Shown here in pieces: positions 31,307-41,302 of a stretch of 47,976 nucleotides of DNA. Within the stretch, counting starts at the first letter, position 1. Every line of letters starts with the position of its first letter. A program made the position numbers and the translations under genes. Location: NCBI GenBank assembly GCA_040002615.1, contig JBDUEE010000019.1, positions 1-47,976 of the forward strand. Direction: 5' to 3'. The DNA comes from Chloroflexota bacterium. Lineage in GTDB: Bacteria > Chloroflexota > Limnocylindria > QHBO01. Under the pieces are notes generated by a model. That model searched no databases. It had not been told where the DNA came from and saw only the letters and a program-made list of their open reading frames with translations.

Positions 31307-32587
31307 CCCCGGGTCGCCGGTTGAGCCGTGCAGGGCCTCCTGTGCCGAGGTCGTTCGCTGCAGGACGGTGGGTATCTCCGGGAAACGGTCCAGGTGCCAC
31401 AGCATCGGGAAGAGGCGCGTCCAGCTGATGGCCACCAGCAGCGTCGCCGCGCCGCCGACCAGAATGGCCGGCACCAGTCCCCACCACGCGGCGGTCACGC
31501 CCGATTCGAACTCGCCCAGCTCGTTCGACGCGCCGATGAAGACCGCGTTCACCGCGCTGACCCGTCCCCGGATGGCGTCGGGTGTCTGCAGCTGCACCAG
31601 CAGATGCCGCACGTACATGCTCACCATGTCGGAGGCGCCCAGGACTGCCAGCGCGATGAGAGAGATCACGAAGGAGCGGGACAGGCCAAAGACCAGGATC
31701 GATAGCCCGAACACGGCCACGCCACCGAACAGCCACCGCCCGACGGCGGTGCGCACCGGCTGCCAGGCCAGCGCGGCCCCCGCCGCTGCCGCGCCGACGG
31801 CCGGAGCGGCCCGCAGCAGGCCAAGGCCGGTTGGACCCACGTGCAGGACGTCGGTCGCAATGGCGGGCAGCAGCGCCGTGGCGCCTCCGAACAGGACCGC
31901 GAACAGGTCCAGCGAGATTGACCCAAGGATCGGCCGATGGTCACGAACGAAGGTGACGCCGGAGAGGAGCGTGCCCAGGCTCATCGGCTCGCCGACCACG
32001 CCGCCACCGCCGCCACCGCGCAGGCCCCAGATCAGGATGGCCGAGGCCAGGATCAGAACCGTCACCGTCGCGTAGACCACCGGCGTGCCGACCAGGATCA
32101 GCATGCCGGCCACCGCCGGGCCGCCAATGGTGGCCAGCTGGAACGTCGAGGTGTTCAGGGCCACGGCATTGCCGAATGCGGCGCGCGGAACGAGATTCGG
32201 CAGCATGGCCTGGCTGGTCGGCATATTGAAAGCCCGGACGACGCCGAACAGGCCCATGACCACGAAGATCGGCAGGACCGAAGTCACCCCGGCAAGGCTG
32301 AACGCGAGCAGCAGCGCCGAGGCGAGGGCGGCCAGCACATAGCAGGCAAGCATCACCCGGCGTCGGTCGTACCGATCGGCTACATGCCCGGCGGGCAGCA
32401 CCAGCACGATGAACGGCAGGAACTGCGACAGGCCGATCAGGCCCAGGTCGAGAGGGTTGCGCGTGGTCTGGTAGACCTGCCAGCCCACCGCCACGGTCTG
32501 CATCTGGACCGCGACGGATACGAGGAAGCGCGCGGCCAGGTAGCGGCGCACATCGGCATAGGCCAGCGACGGGAAGCGCGATGTCAT
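31304..32587 (-). CDS. MFS transporter (EntS/MFS_3-like)
   Basis: GHVADRYDRRR motif A, LDLFAVLFGGA, TPDAIRGRV, ASNELGEFESG; TATCCT at 32598-32603 lies 10 nt before ATG 32587. Confidence 0.9.
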   Translation of the reverse strand: MTSRFPSLAYADVRRYLAARFLVSVAVQMQTVAVGWQVYQTTRNPLDLGLIGLSQFLPFIVLVLPAGHVADRYDRRRVMLACYVLAALASALLLAFSLAGVTSVLPIFVVMGLFGVVRAFNMPTSQAMLPNLVPRAAFGNAVALNTSTFQLATIGGPAVAGMLILVGTPVVYATVTVLILASAILIWGLRGGGGGGVVGEPMSLGTLLSGVTFVRDHRPILGSISLDLFAVLFGGATALLPAIATDVLHVGPTGLGLLRAAPAVGAAAAGAALAWQPVRTAVGRWLFGGVAVFGLSILVFGLSRSFVISLIALAVLGASDMVSMYVRHLLVQLQTPDAIRGRVSAVNAVFIGASNELGEFESGVTAAWWGLVPAILVGGAATLLVAISWTRLFPMLWHLDRFPEIPTVLQRTTSAQEALHGSTGDPG

Positions 32588-32675
32588 GGGTCGCCGCAGG
32601 ATAACCGTGCCACTTCCCGCAGTACGACCGCAGTCGGACACTGGCAGACTGCGCCGCAAATCGAGCTAGGACCCC

Positions 32676-34039
32676 GTGAGGGGACCGCTGGACGAACCGA
32701 TGCATGAAGAGCCTTCCAAGCAGACCGCGGCCGACGACCGAGACGAGTTCGGACGTCCAAAGCAGGCGCTGGCCATTGGCCAGCTGCTGGCCGTGACTGC
32801 CTACTGGCTGGCGATCACTGTCCTGTGGGGCGCCTTCACCTTCAGCGTGATCCCGCGCCTGGTCGAGTCACCGGGCGTGCTGGGCAGCTCGACCCACCCG
32901 CTGGCGGGCCTGGCCATCGGACTGATCACCACCGCCGGCGTGCTGATCGCGATCCTGGTGCAGCCGACCATGGGGGCAATCAGCGACCACACCCGCTCCC
33001 GCCTTGGGCGACGCAAGCCATACATCCTGATCGGAACCTTCCTGGATCTGCTGTTCCTGACCTTCGCGGCCTGGGCTTTCTGGAACGAGAGCTACTGGGC
33101 CTTCGTGGCCGCCGTGGCGCTGCTGCAGTTCAGCAGCAACTTCGCGCAAGGCCCCTACCAGGGCTACATTCCCGACCTCGTTCCTGGCCGCCAGGTGGGC
33201 CGGGACTGGCAATCATCTTCGTGGCGGTCCTGCCCGGAGTATTTGGCTTTCCAGAGATCACACTGGGCTTGTTCGCGGCCATCGGCGGGGTGGAGCTGAT
33301 CACCATGCTGATCACCGTCTTCTTCGTGCCGGACCGCCCGGCTCCCGAGACGACCAAGACCCTTCGGCAGCGTGCGCTGGGTGCCTGGGGCACGGACCTG
33401 CTAGCTCAGCGCGACTATGTCTGGCTGCTCATCAGCCGCCTGTTTGTGCTCACTGCGCTGGTCTCACTGCAGGCGTTCGCCGTCTTCTTCCTGGAGAACG
33501 CCCACGGCATGGCGCCCGACGAGGCGCAGACCGCTCAGTTTCCGCTGATCCTGACCGTGGCGGCCGCCGCGCTCCTCAGCGCGGTCCCCGGCGGGTGGAT
33601 CTCATCACGAATCGGACGCAAGCCGGTGCTGTACGTGGCCATCGCGCTGGGAGTCGTGGGCGCGGTGGTGATCGCCACGGCGCCCGCCTACTGGATGGTG
33701 GTGGCCGCAGCGGTGCCGATCGGCATCTGCAGCGGCGTCTTCCTGGGCGTCGACTGGGCCCTGATGACCGACATCATCCCCAAAGCCGAATCGGGCCGCT
33801 ACATGGGCATCAGCAATATCGCGGTGGCGGGGGCCGGGCCGATCGCCAGCACGGTCGGCGGACTGCTGGTCTTCGCGGCCATCGCGGCCGCGCTCGGCCC
33901 GGCGCTGGCCTATCGGTCCATCTTCGTGCTGATGGCGATCGAGCTGGTGCTCGGCGCCCTGGCCCTGCGGCATGTCAACGAGCCGGCTCGTGTCTCCAGT
34001 GCCCGCGCCGAGCCTGACCAGGTGCCGTCCGCCGCGTAA
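32676..34039 (+). pseudogene. MFS transporter split by a frameshift/deletion near 33200
   Basis: N-half (GAISDHTRSRLGRRKPY...YIPDLVPGRQVG) is in the 32676 frame; C-half (GLAIIFVAVL...SSRIGRKPV...DWALMTD) is in the 32825 frame. Confidence 0.8.
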
Positions 34040-34102
34040 TGGATAGTGCTGAGGCCCGCCAGCGTCGCCGCGCCGAGCTGGGCGAGCAGCGCCTCCTCCG
34101 GC

Positions 34103-34108
34103 TAGCAT
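34103..34108 (+). promoter_or_regulatory. -10 hexamer TAGCAT (leaderless)
   Basis: 7 nt before ATG 34116. Confidence 0.6.
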
Positions 34109-34115
34109 CGGGCCA

Positions 34116-34388
34116 ATGCTGCCGCTGATCTGGGGCATCTTCGCGATCTGTGCGGTGGGTGGCTTCCTGATGATGGCCGCCTACTGGCTCGATGTGCAGG
34201 ATCGACCGGACCTCACCTTTCGCCGCCGAGTGGCATGGTCGGCCGGCACCTTCCTCTTCCCGCTGTCCATCCCGATCTACGCCTTCAGCGCTGGGGCCCG
34301 CTGGCCCGCATTTCTGCGGGTGGCGGCCTTCCTGCCGGCCACCGCGCTTGCTCTGTTTCTCGGCTTCGCCCTTGGGCTGTTCACCTAG
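34116..34388 (+). CDS. Small membrane protein, PLDc_N-like hairpin
   Basis: TM-D..R.DL....AW....FP....Y-TM pattern; 90 aa, about 3 TM. Confidence 0.7.
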   Translation: MLPLIWGIFAICAVGGFLMMAAYWLDVQDRPDLTFRRRVAWSAGTFLFPLSIPIYAFSAGARWPAFLRVAAFLPATALALFLGFALGLFT

Positions 34389-34417
34389 GGTGAGCCGCCA
34401 TCAATGGCTCGCGGCTC

Positions 34418-34423
34418 TATGAT
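34418..34423 (+). promoter_or_regulatory. -10 hexamer TATGAT (leaderless)
   Basis: 6 nt before ATG 34430. Confidence 0.65.
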
Positions 34424-34429
34424 CGGTCC

Positions 34430-35851
34430 ATGACGATTCAGACTCGCGGCGTGGATGCCGCGCTCAGCTACCTGCGCGAGCACGCCGAGGAGCACCTGGC
34501 CGGGCTTGACGCGTTCCTTCGACTCGAGTCGGTCAGCGCCGACCCGGAGCGCAAGGACGAAATGCGACGCACCGCGCAGTGGGTGGCCGATGAGCTGACC
34601 CGCATCGGCGCCGAGCATGCCCAGCTGAACGAGACCAGCGGCAACCCGATCGTGTCCGCCGATTGGCTGCACGCCGGGCCGGACGCTCCAACGGTGCTGG
34701 TCTACTGCCATTACGACGTCCAGCCGGTCGATCCGCTTGACGAATGGATCCGACCGCCATTCGAGCCGCGCTACGAGGACGATCGCGTCTACGCCCGCGG
34801 CTCAGGGGATGACAAGGGCCAGCTGTTCATGCACCTCAAGGCGGCCGAGGCGTGGCTGCGCGGCGCCGATGGCCTGCCGCTCAACCTGCGTTTCTTCTTC
34901 GAGGGTGACGAGGAGCACAGCAGCCTGCCGATCGAGGAGTTCATCGAAGCACACCCCGAGCTCCTGCAGGCGGACCTCTGCATCGTCTCGGACTCGGACA
35001 TGCACGACGACGCCGGCACGCCGGCGATCACCTACGGCCTGCGTGGCATCGCCTACTGGGAGCTCAAGGTCAGGGGACCGTTCCAGGACGTCCATTCCGG
35101 AAGCTACGGCAACGGTGTCGACAACCCTGCGAACGTCCTGGTCCGTCTGCTGGCCAGCCTGACCGATGAGCACGGACGCGTGACCGTGCCCGGGTTCTAC
35201 GACAAGGTCCGCGACCTCAGCGACGCTGAGCACGAGGCCTACGCCGCCATCCCCTTTGACGAGGCCGATTGGCGGCAATCGGTGGGCGTCAAGCAGGCGA
35301 GGGACGGCGAGCCGGGCTACACACTGCTGGAGCGCCTTTCGGCCCGGCCCACCTTCGACATCAATGGCCTGTGGGGCGGCTATGCCGGCGATGGCTCGAA
35401 GACGATCATCCCCGCCTTCGCGGCCGCCAAGTTCAGCACCCGGTTGGTGCCGGAGCAGGACCACACCGAGATCGAGCAGCTGATGATCGATCACCTGCGC
35501 CGCATGGCCCCGCCGACCGTCGAGCTGGAGCTCAAGGTCGTCCACGGAGGGCAGCCGGCCCTGACTCCGCTCGACCATCCCGGCGTCGCCCTGGGTGCCG
35601 AGGCGCTGCGCCAGGCCTTCGACAAGGATCCGGTCTTTCACCGATCGGGTGGCTCGATCCCGGTCGTGGCCGCCCTTGACGAGGCGCTGGGCCTCAAGAC
35701 GGTGATGATCGGCTTCTCGTCGCCGAACGGGAACTTCCATGCGCCGAACGAGTGGATGCCGCTCGCCAACTACCGCGGCGGGCTGGATGCCATCGTCCGC
35801 CTCTGGGCACTGATGGGCGAGGCATCAGCGGCGGGGCTGCGCGGCGGCTGA
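34430..35851 (+). CDS. M20 family dipeptidase
   Basis: HYDVQP, ARGSGDDKGQ, EGDEE, DVHSG, GGSIP, HAPNE. Confidence 0.93.
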   Translation: MTIQTRGVDAALSYLREHAEEHLAGLDAFLRLESVSADPERKDEMRRTAQWVADELTRIGAEHAQLNETSGNPIVSADWLHAGPDAPTVLVYCHYDVQPVDPLDEWIRPPFEPRYEDDRVYARGSGDDKGQLFMHLKAAEAWLRGADGLPLNLRFFFEGDEEHSSLPIEEFIEAHPELLQADLCIVSDSDMHDDAGTPAITYGLRGIAYWELKVRGPFQDVHSGSYGNGVDNPANVLVRLLASLTDEHGRVTVPGFYDKVRDLSDAEHEAYAAIPFDEADWRQSVGVKQARDGEPGYTLLERLSARPTFDINGLWGGYAGDGSKTIIPAFAAAKFSTRLVPEQDHTEIEQLMIDHLRRMAPPTVELELKVVHGGQPALTPLDHPGVALGAEALRQAFDKDPVFHRSGGSIPVVAALDEALGLKTVMIGFSSPNGNFHAPNEWMPLANYRGGLDAIVRLWALMGEASAAGLRGG

Positions 35852-35857
35852 GCGGCG

Positions 35858-36532
35858 TTGACCGACGAGGCCGCCCGTCGCGGCAGCAGCGACGATCCCT
35901 GGCTCGCGCTTGGCGCTGCATCCCGCCTGGTGGGCGTGGGACCCGAGACGCTGCGTCGCTGGGCCGACAGCGGCAAGGTTGAGAGCTACACCACGCCCGG
36001 CGGCCACAGGCGCTTTCTGCGGTCCAGCCTGGAGGCGATGGTCAACGCCCCTCGCCGCCACCGGTATGGAGTCGCGCAGCTGACCGGCTCCGCAGTGACC
36101 ATCTCCGGCGAGGTCCGCCGTCGCATGCAGCGTGGCGGACTGGCCGGACAACCGTGGCACGCCCGCCTCTCGGCCGCGCAGCGCGACGACTTTCGGCGCT
36201 GGGGCCAGCGCACCTTCCAGCTGGTGCTCGAATACGTATCGGCCACGCGCCGCTCCGAGCGAGAGCTGCTGCTCAGCGAGGCCGAAAAGATGGGCGCCCT
36301 GTATGGCGCCGAGGCCTCACGCGCCGGATTGTCGCTGGCCGAGGCAGTGGAGGCGTTCCTCTTCTACCGCTCGCCGGTCCTGGAGGCAATCGCCGCCCAC
36401 CTCCGCCGCCGGGCGGCCGATATCTCGGATGTGACCGCGGCCTACCGCGAAGCAACCGCGGCGGTGGACCAAGTGCTGGTGGCGCTGGTCGGCTCGCACC
36501 GGCAGATCGCGCCAGAACCAACCGCCACGTAG
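35858..36532 (+). CDS. MerR/excisionase-like (BldC-type) HTH protein with a C-terminal helical RsbRD-N/globin-like domain
   Basis: LGAASRLVGVGPETLRRWADSGKV..YTTPGGHRRF; G..YG.....GLSLAEAVEAFLFYR. Confidence 0.8.
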   Translation: MTDEAARRGSSDDPWLALGAASRLVGVGPETLRRWADSGKVESYTTPGGHRRFLRSSLEAMVNAPRRHRYGVAQLTGSAVTISGEVRRRMQRGGLAGQPWHARLSAAQRDDFRRWGQRTFQLVLEYVSATRRSERELLLSEAEKMGALYGAEASRAGLSLAEAVEAFLFYRSPVLEAIAAHLRRRAADISDVTAAYREATAAVDQVLVALVGSHRQIAPEPTAT

Positions 36533-36537
36533 GTCTG

Positions 36538-36553
36538 GGCGGTCGCCTCCGCC
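36538..36553. terminator. Short GC hairpin between convergent genes
   Basis: GGCGG-tcgcct-CCGCC; no U-tract. Confidence 0.25.
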
Positions 36554-37696
36554 ATGTCAGTCGACCAGGTAGAGCTCGCGACTGGATTTGTTGAGCCGCT
36601 CGCCGCCGGCATCGGTGCAGACCACGATGTCCTCGATCCGAGCGCCCCACAGCCCGTCGACATAGATGCCGGGCTCCACGCTGAATGCGCAGCCCTCCTG
36701 GAGCGGCTCGTCGTTGCCGGACACGAGGTACGGCTCCTCGTGGGTCTCCATGCCGATGCCGTGGCCGGTGCGATGAATGAACTGCTCCCCGTAGCCGGCA
36801 TCGGTGATCGCCTGCCGCGCCGCGGCGTCGACGGCCTCGGCCGACACCCCGGGTGCCACCACTTCGCAGGCTGCGGCCTGGGCCCCGCGCAGGACCTCGT
36901 ACAGGGCGACGAAGTCGGCCGGAGGCTCACCCACGAAGGCGGTGCGGGAAGTGTCGCTGCAGTAGCCGCCGCGTGTCCCGCCGATGTCCAGCACGATTGC
37001 GTCGCCCGGGGCGATCACGCGCTCGCCGGGTACGTGGTGCGGGCTGGCCGAATTCGGCCCAGAGGCGACGATGGCAAAGTCGGCTGTCTGGTGGCCGGCG
37101 GACACCAGCAGCTCGTTGATGCGTCCGCTCACCTCGGCCTCGGATCGACCGGAGAGCCGCTCGGCAGTGATCTTCTCCATGGCCGCGTCGGCGGCCGCGG
37201 CCGCGCCGCGCAGGCGGTCTACCTCCTCCGGGCTCTTGAGCCGGCGCAACGCGGCGATCGATGGGCCGGCCTCCACCAGCTCGAGCGGGTCCAGCTCAGC
37301 CCGCAGGCGCAGGACGAATCGGGCCCACATCTGGTCCTGCACGCCGACGCGGCCGGTCATCCCCTCCAGCAGGCCGCGCACCAGGTGGAAGGGGTCATCG
37401 GTCTCATCCCAGCTCAGCAGCTCGACCGATTCGGCCAGGTCTCCGAGCTCGTGACGCGCCAGCGCCTCCTCCAGCCGCGGCAGGACGAGGCTGGGCATAC
37501 CCGCTGCCGGCAGCACCAGGCACGTCAGGCGCTCGAGCGCAGGCGCCCGGTACCCAAGCAGGTAGGCGTAGTCCGGCGACGGCGTGATCAGCAGGGCGCC
37601 GAGCCCGCGGCTGGCAGCTTCGGCGGCCACGTCGCGCAATCGCCGGCGATAGGTGGCGGGGGCAAATGGCTCAACGGCGGCAGGGAGCAACGTCAT
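36554..37696 (-). CDS. Xaa-Pro peptidase (M24 family)
   Basis: LRRLKS, SASPHH, LDIGG, YCSDTSRT, HRTGHGIG..THEEP, SVEPGIY, RIED; TACCCT at 37704-37709 lies 7 nt before the ATG. Confidence 0.93.
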
Positions 37697-37786
37697 GCCC
37701 GAAAGGGTACCCGACCATGGTCGTCGAGAACGAACGGGCCATCGACCGGTGAGGGCGGCGGAGGTAGCCTCGGGAGTCTGAACGAT

Positions 37787-37805
37787 CGTGTGACAATGTC
37801 GCACG
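37787..37805. promoter_or_regulatory. 19-bp near-perfect palindrome, operator candidate
   Basis: CGTGTGACA-A-TGTCGCACG with 8 of 9 arm positions matching; overlaps the -10-like GACAAT. Confidence 0.45.
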
Positions 37806-37841
37806 GACGCAACCGAGGTTGGACCTGACGAGGACCTGGCG

Positions 37842-39899
37842 ATGCGCGACGAAGACCGACGCACAGCGCCCCTGACCCAAAGCCGTCCAGCGGCTGGCGC
37901 GCTGGCGGCCGTGGTGGTCCTGGCCGCGATGCTCGGCACGCCGAGCGCGGGTCTCGCCGGCAGGCCCCCGGTCGAGTCGGCCGCCGAGTTCCTTGCCCTC
38001 CGAACCGGCGGCGCGCCGTCCGACTTCGCGCTGGTCTATGAGCGGTCCGCGCGCATCTCCAGCGGAGAGATCCTATGGGCCGGCAAGCTGGTCGACCGGC
38101 GTACCGGCCGCGTTAGGCTCGTCTACCGCGACGCGCGCGGCAACCTGGGCGGTCCGGAACTGCTGCGCGGCATGGAGCAGGCCGCACAGGCCCGCCTTAC
38201 CACCCTCGAGCGCAAGGCCGGAGCGTCGCTGCGCCAGGCGATCGCGGACCATGCCGCGGCCGGGGACCACAGCCGTTTGCCGGTGGCGATCTGGTTGACG
38301 GCCGACGTCACCGCCGCAGAGAAGGCAGTGGTCGATAATCACCCCGAGGTGGCGTGGATCGGCGGCCGCCCTCTGACCAATGAGCTGACTGTCGTTCGCA
38401 CACTGCGCGGCGAGCTGTGGCTGGCACGCCGCGATGTCTTTCTCGCGGCGAGCGCTGCGCTGCGCCGGGAGGTGGAGCACCTTGGGGGGCAGGTCGCCTA
38501 CGCCAGCATCTCGGCGCCACTCGTGTTCGCTGATCTTCCCGCGCCGGCGGTCGCCGCGCTGGCCGAGCGTGACGACGTGGAGAGCCTTGGACTCGAAGGC
38601 AAATGGCAGCCGGCCATGTCGGTTGCCAGGCCTACGGTCGACGCCAACTGGACCAGCGGCGGCGGCGACCAGGGCGCAGGCATCAGGGTGGCAGTGGTGG
38701 AGTATCACAACGTCCGTCGCGGTGGTGACCTGGACGGCACTGTAGTCAGGTCGCACAGCACCAGCGGCCGGCTGGCGTACACCCGCCGTGGCACCTTCGA
38801 CCATCCCACGTGGGTGGCTGGCGCGATTGCCGGCCGGAGCGCCGCGTATCGCGGCGTTGCCCCCGCCGCGTCGATCGTGTCTTCGAGCACGGGTGGCTAC
38901 ACTCGGTCGCTCGCCTACGACCGTCGCATCATCGCGGCGGCGGACTGGGCCATTGCGCCATCCCGCGGGGATGCCGACATCGTGAACACAAGCCTGGTGC
39001 AGGACACGGCCACCGGCGCGGAAGAGGCGCGCCGCTATTTCGACTCGTTGGTCGACCAGGATGGCCGCCTTGCGATATCCGCCGCCGGCAATTTCGTGAA
39101 CTTCAACGGCTGGCAGATCGGCTCGCCCGGCACGGGCTACAACGTGCTGACCGTCGGCGGGGTGAATGACCACGGCACCACCCGGCGCCGGGATGATCGG
39201 CTGTGGTACGTGCCTGGCTCGAACGGCAGCAACTGGTACGACCGCCCCAGTGACCGCTGGAACAGGCATGGCGACTACAACAAGCCGAACCTGGTGGCGC
39301 CGTCGGTTGGCGTGCGCACCGCGAACGGCCTGGCCGCCTCCGGCACCAGCGTGGCGACACCCATCGTCTCCGGCGTGGCCGCCCAGCTGCTGGCCAACGA
39401 GCCACTGCTCGCCGCCTGGCCGGAAGGCGCGCGGGCAGTGCTGATGGCCGGCGCCATCCACCACGTGAAAATGCCGAATGGTTCGCGCAACCTCGACCAC
39501 GAGGGCGCGGGCATGACCTCGGCGTACTGGACCAACCGGATCGCCCACGATGGGGACCACACGTACGGCGGATATCGCGTTGGCGCGCTACAGTCAGGCG
39601 ACGAGCCGCGGCAGGAGATCAACGTGCGCAGCGGCGATCGACTCCGCGTGGCCCTGGCCTGGAACAGCCACACTCGCGGCTCCGACAACCTATCCCTGAC
39701 CGATGTGCTTCGCGCCGACCTGGACCTGCTGGTCACCGCCCCGGACGGATCCAAGGTCGGCTCGTTCACCATCGACAACTCCTACGAGTTCGTCGAGTTC
39801 GTGATGCCAACCGGCGGCGTCGCGACCATCGACGTGCTGCAGACCCGATTTGACGGGCGATCCGAAACGTACGGACTGGCCTGGGCGAAGGTGCGATAG
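37842..39899 (+). CDS. Secreted S8 (subtilisin-like) peptidase with Glu at the catalytic Asp position
   Basis: Signal-like N-terminus, G.GIRVAVVE, HPTWVAG, SAAGN, KPNLVAP, SGTSVATPIVSG, C-terminal beta domain. Confidence 0.88.
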   Translation: MRDEDRRTAPLTQSRPAAGALAAVVVLAAMLGTPSAGLAGRPPVESAAEFLALRTGGAPSDFALVYERSARISSGEILWAGKLVDRRTGRVRLVYRDARGNLGGPELLRGMEQAAQARLTTLERKAGASLRQAIADHAAAGDHSRLPVAIWLTADVTAAEKAVVDNHPEVAWIGGRPLTNELTVVRTLRGELWLARRDVFLAASAALRREVEHLGGQVAYASISAPLVFADLPAPAVAALAERDDVESLGLEGKWQPAMSVARPTVDANWTSGGGDQGAGIRVAVVEYHNVRRGGDLDGTVVRSHSTSGRLAYTRRGTFDHPTWVAGAIAGRSAAYRGVAPAASIVSSSTGGYTRSLAYDRRIIAAADWAIAPSRGDADIVNTSLVQDTATGAEEARRYFDSLVDQDGRLAISAAGNFVNFNGWQIGSPGTGYNVLTVGGVNDHGTTRRRDDRLWYVPGSNGSNWYDRPSDRWNRHGDYNKPNLVAPSVGVRTANGLAASGTSVATPIVSGVAAQLLANEPLLAAWPEGARAVLMAGAIHHVKMPNGSRNLDHEGAGMTSAYWTNRIAHDGDHTYGGYRVGALQSGDEPRQEINVRSGDRLRVALAWNSHTRGSDNLSLTDVLRADLDLLVTAPDGSKVGSFTIDNSYEFVEFVMPTGGVATIDVLQTRFDGRSETYGLAWAKVR

Positions 39900-39904
39900 C
39901 CGGT

Positions 39905-40339
39905 CTAGCCGAGACTCAGCAGCACCTCGCTGGCGTCGCAGGCGCGAATGCGCCAGGCGCGGAGTGCCTGATCGGGCTGGACCGTCGGGTCGGCCAGGCT
40001 GGCGAGCAGGTAGACGGCATCCGGGTACATGGCCGCTCGCCGGTCGGTTGGGGACGGGACCGCTGGCGAGCGGGTGTGCGAGTGGAAGATGGCGACCAGG
40101 TCCTCGCCGGCATCCTCGATGGCGAAGGTGATGCGCACCAGGTCGTCGGGATGGACGCTGTAGCGCAGTGGTGACGCCTCGGCGTTGCGTGCCGGGTGAA
40201 AGGTCGTTGCGATTCCGTCCTCGGCGCTGCCGGACAGAAGGCCGCAGGCCTCGTTGGGCAGCTCGGCGCGGGCATGCGCCAGCAGCATGGCGGCCACCGA
40301 ATGTGGCAGCGTCAGGCCCGCGTCCGCATCGGTCACCAC
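39905..40339 (-). CDS. mec: JAB/MPN+ (M67) metalloprotease, CysO-cysteine peptidase
   Basis: PNEACG and HSHTRSPAVPSPTD JAMM motif; adjacent to cysM and cysO. Confidence 0.88.
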   Translation of the reverse strand: MVTDADAGLTLPHSVAAMLLAHARAELPNEACGLLSGSAEDGIATTFHPARNAEASPLRYSVHPDDLVRITFAIEDAGEDLVAIFHSHTRSPAVPSPTDRRAAMYPDAVYLLASLADPTVQPDQALRAWRIRACDASEVLLSLG

Positions 40340-41298
40340 AGGATCGTGCCTTCCAGCTCATCCTCCAGCTCGTCCAGGTCGCGCGACCAGAGGCCGGTGG
40401 ACAGGTACTTCCACCCTCCGTCGGCCAGCAGCACCACGACCTGACCCTCTGCCATCTCGGCGGCCACCTGCAGGGCGACGTGGATCACCGCGCCGGACGA
40501 GAGGCCGACGAAGATGCCCTCCTCGCGCATCAGGCGACGCACGCCAACCAGCGCGTCACGATTGCTGACCAGGCGACGGTCGTCGAGCACCGATTCGTCC
40601 AGGACGGGTGGCACGAAGCCATCGTCCAATGAGCGCAGCCCCTGCACCTGCTCGCCGGGCAGTGGCTCCGCGGCGATGACCCTGGTACCCGGCCGCGCAC
40701 GCCGCAGGAAGCGGCCCACGCCCGTCAGCGTGCCGCCCGTCCCCAGCCCGGCCACAAAGGCATCCAGCTCCGGCACCGCCTCCAGGATCTCCGGACCGGT
40801 GCCCTCTTCGTGGGCGCGCGGGTTGGCCGGGTTGCCGTACTGGTACGGCATGAACAGGCTGGGATCGTCGGCCACGATCTGCTGGGCCAGGCGAATGGCG
40901 CCGTTGCTGCCCTGATCGCCTGGGGAGTAGGTAATCTCGGCGCCGTAAAGACGCAGCAGCTGCGAGCGCTCCTCGGTGGTGTTGTCGGGCATCACGACCC
41001 GCACCGGGTGACCCAGCCGCGCGCCCAGCATCGCCAGGCTGATGCCGGTGTTGCCGCTCGACGGCTCCAGGATCGTCTGTCCCGGCTGCAGTGCGCCGGA
41101 GGCCAGCGCATCGTCGATCATCGCGCGGGCCACGCGATCCTTCAGCGAGCCGGTCGGATTGGCGGCTTCAAGCTTGGCCCAGATCCGCACCCGCGGCGAC
41201 GGGGCCAGCCGGCGCAGCTCGACCGTGGGCGTGTGGCCGATCGAGGCGACCAGGTCCGCCTGGCCGCCCGCGCTGGTCGGCGGCGGGGCGGGGGTCAT
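40333..41298 (-). CDS. cysM: CysO-thiocarboxylate-dependent cysteine synthase (O-phosphoserine sulfhydrylase type)
   Basis: NPTGSLKDR, SSGNTG, QYGNPAN, GLGTGGT, LRSLDDGFVP, GWKYLSTG...LEG..W tail resembling mycobacterial CysM; gene context. Confidence 0.88.
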   Translation of the reverse strand: MTPAPPPTSAGGQADLVASIGHTPTVELRRLAPSPRVRIWAKLEAANPTGSLKDRVARAMIDDALASGALQPGQTILEPSSGNTGISLAMLGARLGHPVRVVMPDNTTEERSQLLRLYGAEITYSPGDQGSNGAIRLAQQIVADDPSLFMPYQYGNPANPRAHEEGTGPEILEAVPELDAFVAGLGTGGTLTGVGRFLRRARPGTRVIAAEPLPGEQVQGLRSLDDGFVPPVLDESVLDDRRLVSNRDALVGVRRLMREEGIFVGLSSGAVIHVALQVAAEMAEGQVVVLLADGGWKYLSTGLWSRDLDELEDELEGTILW

Positions 41299-41302
41299 CG
41301 GT

